The position numbers were made by a program, and so were the translations under genes. From Parvibaculum sp. (GTDB taxonomy: Bacteria > Pseudomonadota > Alphaproteobacteria > Parvibaculales > Parvibaculaceae), in contig NZ_DAOKYX010000002.1 in assembly GCF_035325945.1 (NCBI RefSeq), positions 13,757 to 77,756 on the forward strand: a stretch of 64,000 nt of DNA, given 5' to 3'. The notes beneath the pieces were generated by a model that was not told the origin of the DNA, did no database searches, and saw only the letters and a program-made list of their open reading frames with translations. Positions 28,367 through 36,103 of the stretch are shown here, in pieces. The first letter of the stretch is position 1, and each line of letters begins with the position of its first letter.

Positions 28367-28858
28367 TCAGCGTATGGTCACGGGCGCATTGGCCTCATGG
28401 CCCCAGTAGCGCACATAGATGCGGTATTCGCCGGGGCGCACGCGATTGGGATCGAGTTCGACGGGGAAGGATTCGTTCATCGCCCGATGGGCGTCGAGCG
28501 CGGTCGAGACGGTGACTTGCGTGCACGCGCCCTCGTCGGATTGCGATTGCACGAATTCGTTTTTGGAGTCGGTCAGGAACCAGCGGAAGATCTCGCATTG
28601 GTTGGGCGCGGTGAGCGCAATGCGTTCCTTGCTGTTGTTCTCGAGGCGCAGGTCGATATTCATCGGGATCGACTTTTCGCCGCTCGCCGCGTCGCGCTGG
28701 ACCGCGCTGACGGTCAGCTTCACGGGCTCGTCCGGCTCGACCGCGCCCGTATAGAGAAAATAGGCGATGACGCCGACAATCGCGATCATCGCGACCGACA
28801 TGTTGATCATGCGCTGTCCGAGTTCGGACGCGGGGCTCGGCGGTTTCAGTGCGGCCAT
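28367..28858 (-). CDS. Membrane-anchored hypothetical protein (163 aa)
   Basis: ATG 28856-28858. One N-terminal TM (INMSVAMIAIVGVIAYFLY), then a ~120-aa beta-rich domain with 2 Cys. Coding-type GC3. No family recognised. The 420-aa ORF in the track is a spurious extension over bpt. Confidence 0.65.
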   Translation of the reverse strand: MAALKPPSPASELGQRMINMSVAMIAIVGVIAYFLYTGAVEPDEPVKLTVSAVQRDAASGEKSIPMNIDLRLENNSKERIALTAPNQCEIFRWFLTDSKNEFVQSQSDEGACTQVTVSTALDAHRAMNESFPVELDPNRVRPGEYRIYVRYWGHEANAPVTIR

Positions 28859-28881
28859 GGCGGATCTCCGGTGGGGCGGGC

Positions 28882-29619
28882 TCAGGCAGGCACGCGCTGC
28901 CAGCCGTCCGCGCCCAGTGCTTCCTGCGGGCGGAAGCGGGTCTTGTAGGCCATTTTCCGGCAATCCGCGACCCAATAGCCGAGATAGACATAGGGCAGGC
29001 GCAGCTCTCTCGCGCGCCTGATGTGGTCGAGCACCATGAAGGTGCCAAGGCTGCGCTCCGCGAGCGAGGAATCGAAGAAGCTGTAGACCATCGAGAGCCC
29101 GTCCTCGAGCCGGTCGGTGAGGGCGGCGGCGATGAGCGGGCGGCCGCGCCCGTCGCCCGATGTAACGCGGTATTCGAAGACCGAGGTCATGACCGTCGTG
29201 TCCTCGATCATGGACACGTAGTCGAGCGCGCTCATATCGGCCATGCCGCCTTCGGCGTGGCGCTCGTCGAGATAGCTGCGCAGCAATGCGAATTGCTCTT
29301 CGGTCGCGCGGGCGGGCTTTTCGGTGCCCGTCACGTCCTCGTTGCGCGCAAGCACGCGGCGGAAGCTCTTGTTGGGCTCGAACTCGTCGACGAGGATGCG
29401 GACGGAGACGCAGGCCGAACAGCCGTCGCAGGCCGGGCGATAGGCGATGTTCTGGCTGCGCCGGAAGCCGGATTGCGTCAGCACGTCGTTGAGCGCGACG
29501 GCGTTTTCGCCGAGAAGGTGGGTAAAGACCTTCTTTTCGTAGCGCCCGGGCAGATAGGGGCAAGGCTGCGGCGCCGTGATGTAGAACTGCGGAAACCGGT
29601 TGCCGAAATGCTCTGTCAC
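28882..29619 (-). CDS. bpt: Arginyltransferase-family aminoacyl-tRNA-protein transferase (Bpt)
   Basis: [23 protein letters not shown]...[24 protein letters not shown]...YVYLGYW, matching ATE N- and C-domains. 245 aa. Confidence 0.9.
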   Translation of the reverse strand: MTEHFGNRFPQFYITAPQPCPYLPGRYEKKVFTHLLGENAVALNDVLTQSGFRRSQNIAYRPACDGCSACVSVRILVDEFEPNKSFRRVLARNEDVTGTEKPARATEEQFALLRSYLDERHAEGGMADMSALDYVSMIEDTTVMTSVFEYRVTSGDGRGRPLIAAALTDRLEDGLSMVYSFFDSSLAERSLGTFMVLDHIRRARELRLPYVYLGYWVADCRKMAYKTRFRPQEALGADGWQRVPA

Positions 29620-29701
29620 TGGTGCTCATCCATGCGAGGGTACCGGTGACAGGATAGGGCGGATGGGCCTTTCTGACGAGCTTTCTGTGGCCCCACGGGC
29701 T

Positions 29702-30208
29702 TCACGCTTGCTGGGCCTGAGTTACGCCCTGGCGGCGGACGACCACCGTGCCGCAGAGCATGTCGTGCAGGCCGCGCTTGCGCTCATTGAGGAATGGCAC
29801 GATGAGCACAATCGCCCAGGTCACGCTCACGGTGACGTAGAAGAGGATCGTTTGCAGCGCCGCCTGGAGGTAGCCGGGCCGGTATCCGTCCCATGTTCTC
29901 AGTTCGATGCCCTGCCAGCGCATGCCGGGCGTTGCCGAATGCGGCCCGCCAAGGGTCAGAACGAAATAACCGAGACAGATGAGCGGCCAGAGCGCGGCGC
30001 CCGGCCAGAGCAGGCCGAGAGTGAGAATGCCGAGAATGACGAAAACGATCATTGCGGCAAGGCCGATGACCGAAAGGATCAGCAGGTCCGCGATATAGGC
30101 GAGCGCCCGGCTGAGAATGACCCCGTCAAAAGCGCCCTGCGGCCAGGAATAGGCGCTGCTGCCGCTCGTCGCAGGTCCGCTGCGGATCAGGCCGTTTTCC
30201 TCGCTCAT
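29702..30208 (-). CDS. RDD family membrane protein
   Basis: 168 aa with three TM segments and the terminal KRGLHDMLCGTVVV motif typical of RDD domains. Confidence 0.8.
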   Translation of the reverse strand: MSEENGLIRSGPATSGSSAYSWPQGAFDGVILSRALAYIADLLILSVIGLAAMIVFVILGILTLGLLWPGAALWPLICLGYFVLTLGGPHSATPGMRWQGIELRTWDGYRPGYLQAALQTILFYVTVSVTWAIVLIVPFLNERKRGLHDMLCGTVVVRRQGVTQAQQA

Positions 30209-30296
30209 CGGGCTCCCTCATCCTTCCCAATAATCACTCGCTGTCTGGTGAAATAGGAAGGGCCGAGAGGCTTCGCAAGCGGGGAAAGCCCGATTG

Positions 30297-31247
30297 TCAG
30301 GGTTTGAAGCCGGGCGGCACCGGCGGCGCTTCGCGCAGCAGAACGATGGAGAGGCGCCGGTTCGCCGCCATGCGCGGGTCCTCGGGGAAGAGCGGCTCGG
30401 AATCGGCCTTGCCGACAACCTGATAGATGCGGTCGTCCGGAAGCCCCAGCGAGCCGATGATGCGGCGGGCTGCGTTGGCGCGGTCGGCGGTCAGTTCCCA
30501 GTTTGTATATCCGGCCGTGCCCCTGAGGGGCGCGGAATCCGTGTGCCCTGAAATGCTGACGCGGTTCGGCAGCTTCATCAGCACCCTGGCCACCGCCTCG
30601 ATGAGGTGGCGCGTGCGCTCATAAGGTTCGGCGCGGCCGGAGGGGAACATGGAGCGGCCGTCCTGATCGACGATCTGGATGCGCAGCCCCTCGGGCGTTT
30701 CGTCGATGATGACATTCTTCGAGAGTTCGGCGAGTTCGGGGCTGTTCTGCATCGCCTGTCGCAGGCTTTCAGCGGCGCTGCGGAAGTTCTGATCGTCCTG
30801 CGAAATGGCTCCGATGGCGGTCGCGTTCGTCGCGGCCGATGTCATCGTCGCCTTCGCGGCGTTTGTCGATTCGCGATTGCCATTGGAGGCGGCCGCGGTG
30901 CGCTGGTCGTTCGTCTCCGGGCTCTTCGGCGCGGCCGGCGTCGAGATCGTCATGACGACGCGCGGCGTGGTCCCCGGCATGCGCGAGCCCTGCGAATCGA
31001 AGGCGGTGCCTCCCATCACGCCGCCCGAGCCGCTCGTCGAGCGGCTGACATTGGCCGGCGCGAAGTAATCGGCCAGTCCCTGCTTCTGCTCCGGCGTCGT
31101 CATGCTGATGAGCCACATGAGCAGGAAGAAGGCCATCATGGCGGTCACGAAGTCGGCATAGGCGATCTTCCAGGCGCCGCCGTGATGGGCGTGGACGACC
31201 TTCTTCACCTTCTTGAGGATGATCGGGCGTTCGTTGGACGTGGCCAT
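30297..31247 (-). CDS. motB: MotB-type stator protein (OmpA-like C-terminal domain)
   Basis: HHGGAWKIAYADFVTAMMAFFLLMW (TM segment with the conserved Asp). C-terminal peptidoglycan-binding domain ISGHTDS...NWELTADRANAARR...NRRLSIVLL. Confidence 0.88.
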   Translation of the reverse strand: MATSNERPIILKKVKKVVHAHHGGAWKIAYADFVTAMMAFFLLMWLISMTTPEQKQGLADYFAPANVSRSTSGSGGVMGGTAFDSQGSRMPGTTPRVVMTISTPAAPKSPETNDQRTAAASNGNRESTNAAKATMTSAATNATAIGAISQDDQNFRSAAESLRQAMQNSPELAELSKNVIIDETPEGLRIQIVDQDGRSMFPSGRAEPYERTRHLIEAVARVLMKLPNRVSISGHTDSAPLRGTAGYTNWELTADRANAARRIIGSLGLPDDRIYQVVGKADSEPLFPEDPRMAANRRLSIVLLREAPPVPPGFKP

Positions 31248-31268
31248 GCTCGACCCTCCGTTGCGACG

Positions 31269-32135
31269 TCAGGCTGCGGCGGGCTGAAGGTTTGCGGTGG
31301 ATTGCTCCACTTCCGCGAATGTCGGGCGCACCTCGGACATGAGCGCCTTGCGGGCGAATTCGATCGAAACGGCGGGCGCGTAGCCGGCCATATGCGCAAG
31401 GAGGCCCGCCTTCATCGACAGGTAATATTTGGACTCGGCTTCGTAGATGTTGCGCAGCGACTGGGCCATGGGGCCGAAGAAGCCATAGGCGCAGAAGACG
31501 CCGAGAAAGGTTCCCACAAGGGCGCCGCCGATGAGGTGGCCCAGCACTTCCGGCGGCTGGTCGATCGAGCCCATGGTCTTGATGACGCCGAGCACGGCGG
31601 CGACGATGCCGAGGGCCGGCGTGCCGTCGGCGAGCGCCTGAATGCTGGCGACGATCCGCTCGCGCTCCTGATGGTGCGTTTCCAGCTCTTCATCCATCAG
31701 CGCTTCGAGTTCATGGGCGTTTTCGGTGCCCATGGTGATCATGCGCAGGTAGTCGCACATGAATTCGACGGCGTGGTGATCGGCGGAGAAGTTCGGGAAC
31801 TGCTGGAAAATTGAAGATTCGGAAGGGTTCTCGACATGTGCCTCGAGGGCGAGGTTGCCCTTGCTCTTGGCGAGCTTGAAGAGGGTGAACTGGAGGCCGA
31901 GAAGTTCCAGATAGGCCGCCTTGTCGTAGCGGGGCCCGCGAAAGAGGGTCTTGAAGGTGCTGCCGATCTTCTTCAGCACGGCGGGCGGATTGCCGATGAC
32001 ATAGGCGCCGACGGCCGATCCCAGGATGATCAGGGCCTCAAATGGCTGAAACAGCACGGCAAGATGGGCGCCCATGGCGGCATAGCCACCGAAAACGCTC
32101 AGCAAAACCACGAGAGTGCCGACGATCAGGCGCAT
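31269..32135 (-). CDS. motA: MotA-type stator protein
   Basis: 288 aa with N-terminus MRLIVGTLVVLLSVFGGYAAMG. C-terminal channel helices ...PALGIVAAVLGVIKTMG...HLIGGALVGTFLGVF. Lies 21 nt upstream of motB. Confidence 0.88.
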   Translation of the reverse strand: MRLIVGTLVVLLSVFGGYAAMGAHLAVLFQPFEALIILGSAVGAYVIGNPPAVLKKIGSTFKTLFRGPRYDKAAYLELLGLQFTLFKLAKSKGNLALEAHVENPSESSIFQQFPNFSADHHAVEFMCDYLRMITMGTENAHELEALMDEELETHHQERERIVASIQALADGTPALGIVAAVLGVIKTMGSIDQPPEVLGHLIGGALVGTFLGVFCAYGFFGPMAQSLRNIYEAESKYYLSMKAGLLAHMAGYAPAVSIEFARKALMSEVRPTFAEVEQSTANLQPAAA

Positions 32136-32362
32136 TTGCGTCCGTTACTTTCTTCCAGAAATCCCCACATTCGGGAGCGCGGGCCATCCCGTGGGGGCCA
32201 TTCTGGTCGGACGCCTCTTAACAGGCGGTTTAACATGTCGGATTTGCACAAAAAACACAGGATTTGCGCGGCTCGCAGGTTGCGCGGGTCCCAGCCCTTT
32301 GCTTAAACGAAATCGAGTGCCGCTCCCCGCGGTGCCTGCTGAGAGGGAGCGGCAAATCCATC

Positions 32363-32854
32363 ATGACCCACGACACCCGTAAATTTCGTAACGCCCTTGG
32401 CTGCTTCACCACGGGCGTGGCCGTCGTCACCACGCAGGTCGAGGGCAAGGAGCCGATCGGGGTCACGATCAACTCGTTCGCGTCGGTCTCGCTCGAGCCG
32501 CCGCTCGTGCTCTGGAGCCTGGACAAGAAGTCGGACACGCTGCCGGTCTTCAATGCGGCCAAGGCTTTCACGATCAATATCCTGCGCGAGGACCACAGGG
32601 AGCTGTCCTCCCGCCTGGCGCGTCAGGGCGACCACAGCCTAGCGGGCCTGCCCGTGCGCCCCGGTGCCAGCAATGGCTGCCCGGCGCTCGAAGACGCGCT
32701 CGCCCATTTCGAATGCGAGGTCGAGGCGCGGCATGAAGCGGGCGATCACATCATCATGATCGGCCGCGTGCTCCACTTCGAATATTCCGAGGACGGACGG
32801 CCGCTGCTCTATCATCGCGGCAGCTACAGGGGACTTGCCGAGGGCAATCCCTAA
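32363..32854 (+). CDS. Flavin reductase-like domain protein
   Basis: From ATG 32363: FRNALGCFTTGVAVVTT...SFASVSLEPPLVLWS...LLYHRGSY. Its stop overlaps the convergent MarR stop. Confidence 0.88.
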   Translation: MTHDTRKFRNALGCFTTGVAVVTTQVEGKEPIGVTINSFASVSLEPPLVLWSLDKKSDTLPVFNAAKAFTINILREDHRELSSRLARQGDHSLAGLPVRPGASNGCPALEDALAHFECEVEARHEAGDHIIMIGRVLHFEYSEDGRPLLYHRGSYRGLAEGNP

Positions 32855-33375
32855 ACCGGCCCGGCCTGTCCGGCGGCCGCCCTCAGGCGGTCCTCTTCCT
32901 CGACCGACAGCAGATTGGCGCGCATCAGCGTCAGACATTCCAGCATCGCCAGATAATCGGCTTCGCGGATGCCGTCGATCGAGGCGTTGTGAATATCCGC
33001 GTAATGCGCCATGCCGCGATGCTTGTGGGCGTGGAGGAGTTCGGTCAGGTAGATGCATTTGGCGCGCTTGTCGCGCGGATGCGACCGCCGCTCGACGAGC
33101 CCCAGCGCTTCAAGTTCGCTCACATAGATCCCGATCGAGACCTTGTGTATCTGAAGCTCGTTCGCAAGCTCCGTCTGCGTGCGCCCGTCATGCTGGAGGA
33201 GCGCGGTGATGATGCGTGTCTGGTTGCGGGTGAGGCCGCTGCGCCGGTCATAGACGGTGGCGAGAAGCGTGCCGACTTCGGTGATGAGGTTCAGGAAATA
33301 TTGCGGCGAGAAACGTTCGTCGGGCGCTTCGCGTTCGACAGCCTTCGCTGCACCTGCCTGTTTCGCCTTCGCCAT
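32851..33375 (-). CDS. MarR family transcriptional regulator
   Basis: From ATG 33373-33375. Winged-helix region GLTRNQTRIITALLQHDGRTQTELANELQIHKVSIGIYVSELEALGLVERR. Confidence 0.88.
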   Translation of the reverse strand: MAKAKQAGAAKAVEREAPDERFSPQYFLNLITEVGTLLATVYDRRSGLTRNQTRIITALLQHDGRTQTELANELQIHKVSIGIYVSELEALGLVERRSHPRDKRAKCIYLTELLHAHKHRGMAHYADIHNASIDGIREADYLAMLECLTLMRANLLSVEEEDRLRAAAGQAGPV

Positions 33376-33470
33376 GTGATCCCCCTCAGACGACGCACAC
33401 GCGGCGACACGATGTGTCATTCCTTCAAATTTGGCCGCGAATGCCGACTTGACGCCTGCCAGCCCGGATG

Positions 33471-33497
33471 ATTTCGTAACTAAGATTTACTAAAAAG
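33471..33497. promoter_or_regulatory. AT-rich repeat element in the marR/exbB divergent spacer (candidate operator)
   Basis: atttcgTAACTAAGatTTTACTAAAaag is the most AT-rich stretch of the locus, with two similar half-repeats. No experimental or database support. Confidence 0.25.
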
Positions 33498-33563
33498 GCG
33501 CCCGGCGGTCATTGAAATTCGCATCGGCCGGGAATGTATACGCCATTCGGGGAGAATCGGGAG

Positions 33564-34322
33564 ATGGCAGAAGATTCGGCGGTTCAGGCCGTGGCCAATG
33601 CGGCCGGTGCGGCGCAGACGGCGGGCGATGCGATCGCGCAGGCTGCCGCGGCGGGCGCGGCAGAGCCCTGGTATGCGCTTGGGCCCCTGATCGACAAGGG
33701 CGGCCCCATCGTCGCCCTGCTGCTGGTCCTCTCGGTCATTTCGGCGGCGATCATTCTCCTCAAGGTCTTTCAATACTGGAGCGCCGGCCTTTCGAGGCGC
33801 GGCTTCATCGAGCCCGCGGTCGAGCGCATCGAGGCGGGCGATCCGGAAGGCGCGCTCAAGGTGCTCGGCAAGCATCGCACGCCGGTTGCGCGCGCCATGG
33901 CGGCGGGCATTCGCGCCAAGGTGCGCGGCGACTTGCGCGACGAGGACGTCGCCGCCGAGATCCAGCGCGTCGGCGCGGTCGAACTCGGCGCGCTGCAAAG
34001 CTATTTCCGCTGGCTCGAAGTCATCGGCAACATCTCGCCGCTGCTCGGCCTGCTCGGCACCGTCATCGGCATGATCCAGGCCTTCCAGAAGCTCGAACTG
34101 GGCGGCAGCAATGTCGATCCGGCGCAGCTTTCCGGCGGCATCTGGACGGCGCTGCTGACGACGGCCGTCGGCCTCGTCGTCGCGCTTCCCGCCGTGACCG
34201 CGCTCAATCTCTTCGAGGGGCGGGTCGATCAGGTGCGTCTCGTCATGCGCGATGCGTCCGCGCGTGTGATCGCCGGACTTCATGCGCGCCAGAGCGGCGT
34301 GCGCTCGAAAGCCGCCGAGTAG
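33564..34322 (+). CDS. exbB: MotA/TolQ/ExbB proton-channel family protein
   Basis: LEVIGNISPLLGLLGTVIGMIQAF...GGIWTALLTTAVGLVVALPA. ATG 33564 has GGGGAGAA upstream. The longest ORF starts at ATG 33534. Confidence 0.9.
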   Translation: MAEDSAVQAVANAAGAAQTAGDAIAQAAAAGAAEPWYALGPLIDKGGPIVALLLVLSVISAAIILLKVFQYWSAGLSRRGFIEPAVERIEAGDPEGALKVLGKHRTPVARAMAAGIRAKVRGDLRDEDVAAEIQRVGAVELGALQSYFRWLEVIGNISPLLGLLGTVIGMIQAFQKLELGGSNVDPAQLSGGIWTALLTTAVGLVVALPAVTALNLFEGRVDQVRLVMRDASARVIAGLHARQSGVRSKAAE

Positions 34323-34343
34323 CGCCGGAAGGGGCGAGCGTTC

Positions 34344-34751
34344 ATGTTCGACGAGCCCATCAGGCGACGGCGCGTTTTCAGCCTCACACCGTTGATCGAC
34401 GTCGTTTTTCAGCTCCTGATCTTCTTCATGCTGTCGGTGACGTTCCTGCAGACGCAGACGCTCACCGTCTCGACGCCCGCGCAGAGCAGCGGCGCCGCGC
34501 CGCTTGATGCGAATGTCGTCGAGATCTGGCTCTATGCCGATGGCGCGATCAGGGTCGCGGAAAAACCCGTCGCGCCCGCGGGGCTCAATGAGGCTGTCAG
34601 GAGCGCCATTGGCGGGCGGGGCGACATGACGGTTTCGATCCTCGCGCAGCGCGGCGCGCGCACACAGGCGCTTGTCAGCGCGATCGAGGCGGCGCGGCTT
34701 GGCGGGGCGAAGGATGTCGGCACCGCGCGGGTGGAGAATTTCACGCCATGA
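34344..34751 (+). CDS. exbD: ExbD/TolR family protein (Asp-containing paralogue)
   Basis: 135 aa. TM segment FSLTPLIDVVFQLLIFFML with the conserved Asp (gac 34398-34400). Confidence 0.9.
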   Translation: MFDEPIRRRRVFSLTPLIDVVFQLLIFFMLSVTFLQTQTLTVSTPAQSSGAAPLDANVVEIWLYADGAIRVAEKPVAPAGLNEAVRSAIGGRGDMTVSILAQRGARTQALVSAIEAARLGGAKDVGTARVENFTP

Positions 34752-35152
34752 TCGAGTTCGACGAACCGCTGCCGCGCCGGCCCTATGAATCGATCGTGCC
34801 GCTCATCAATGTCGTCTTCCTGCTGCTCATTTTCTTCCTGCTCGCAGGCACGATGGGGCCTTCCGAAACGGTCAAGGTGAACCTGCCCGTGGGCACGCTC
34901 GACGACAAGAACAAGCGCCAGCCCGCCATGATCTATATGGAGCAGGACGGCTTCATGTGGCTCGGCAAGACATTCGTCGCGCCGGAAGCGGCAGGCTTCA
35001 TGGTCAGGGACTTCATCCGGGACGCGGGAACGGACCGCGTCGCCGTGAAGGTCGATGAGGCGGCGCCCGCCGATGCGCTGCTTACGCTGATGGAGGTTTT
35101 GCGGATCGCGGATGTGAAGGAAGTCACCATTCTCACGGAGCGCGCGCGGTGA
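34748..35152 (+). CDS. exbD: ExbD/TolR family protein (Asn variant at the conserved Asp position)
   Basis: 134 aa. TM segment SIVPLINVVFLLLIFFLL (aat 34808-34810). ATGA overlap with the upstream exbD. Confidence 0.88.
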   Translation: MIEFDEPLPRRPYESIVPLINVVFLLLIFFLLAGTMGPSETVKVNLPVGTLDDKNKRQPAMIYMEQDGFMWLGKTFVAPEAAGFMVRDFIRDAGTDRVAVKVDEAAPADALLTLMEVLRIADVKEVTILTERAR

Positions 35153-36009
35153 GCATGGCCCTCGACAGCGCCTCGTTCGATGAGCCGGCCGTGCGGACGC
35201 CGCGTCTGTGGCTCTTCATCGCGGTTTCGATCGCGATTCATCTCGCGCTCTTCCTGTTCGGCCTCGTCAGTGGCGGTATTTTCGGCGGGCCGGGACCGGG
35301 CGGCGGCGACGCGGTGACGTTCCGTCTGGCGGCGGGCGGCGGGCATGATCGTTTCGCCGCGCCGGTATCCGGCCATGCGAAGCCAACGCCGCGGCCGAAG
35401 CGCGTCGAAAAGCCGAAACCCAAACCCGAGCCGAAACCGGAAACGGTGGTTCGCAAGAAGCAGGGCGAGGCGCCGAAGCCGCTCGTGGCGGAGCCCGAAG
35501 AGCAAGCCGAGGCGAGCGCGGAAGAGGCAGGCGCGGCCGGCGGCGGCCTTCCCGGCGGGCAAGGTCAGGGCGCGGGCGGCGATGCGGAGGAAACCATCCT
35601 CAACCGCAAGGGGACGTTGCTCTCGGGCGGCGAGATCACCTCGCGGATGGGCGGGCGCACCTTCCATCTCGAAATGGGCCGCATCGACGTCGAAGGCGGT
35701 AACAGGCTCATCAACACTGTGATCGCCCTCAACCCCGATGGCACATCGGAAGTCACCCTCACGCGCTATTTCTACCAGACCTATCACTCGCAATATTCAT
35801 CGACGAGAAGCGCCACCGGCACGGGGCGCTGGTGGATCGAGGGCAATCGCTGGTGCCACCAGTCGAGCATCATCAATTACGGCACCAAGGACTGCTACAA
35901 CATCACCGTCGATGGCCCGACCGTGCGCCTCTATTACGCGCGCTGCAACCTCGAATCCTCTCAACTCTGCAAGACGGGCCGCATCGCGGGCGAGGGCAAC
36001 GTCAAATAA
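35149..36009 (+). CDS. TonB-like anchored protein with non-canonical C-terminal domain
   Basis: GTGA overlap with exbD2. TM helix carrying S-x3-H (VSIAIHLALF). Pro/Lys rod PTPRPKRVEKPKPKPEPKPE, then a Gly-rich linker. The C-terminal ~135 aa is unrecognised and has 4 Cys. Coding-type GC3 throughout. Confidence 0.8.
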   Translation: MSMALDSASFDEPAVRTPRLWLFIAVSIAIHLALFLFGLVSGGIFGGPGPGGGDAVTFRLAAGGGHDRFAAPVSGHAKPTPRPKRVEKPKPKPEPKPETVVRKKQGEAPKPLVAEPEEQAEASAEEAGAAGGGLPGGQGQGAGGDAEETILNRKGTLLSGGEITSRMGGRTFHLEMGRIDVEGGNRLINTVIALNPDGTSEVTLTRYFYQTYHSQYSSTRSATGTGRWWIEGNRWCHQSSIINYGTKDCYNITVDGPTVRLYYARCNLESSQLCKTGRIAGEGNVK

Positions 36010-36103
36010 TCAGACTGCGGAGCGACATGCGCCGATTTTACACGCTGGCGCCACCCTGCTAGAAAATCGTCTCCACAGCAATTCAGGGACAGGCGAGGCG
36101 ACG

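Noticed and set aside
32136-32260. Flagellar-type (sigma28 or sigma54) promoter upstream of motA
   Set aside because: The best sigma28-like match (TAAA-N15-cgTCCGAcc on the minus strand) shares only the CCGA core with GCCGATAA. No GG-N10-GC sigma54 element was found.
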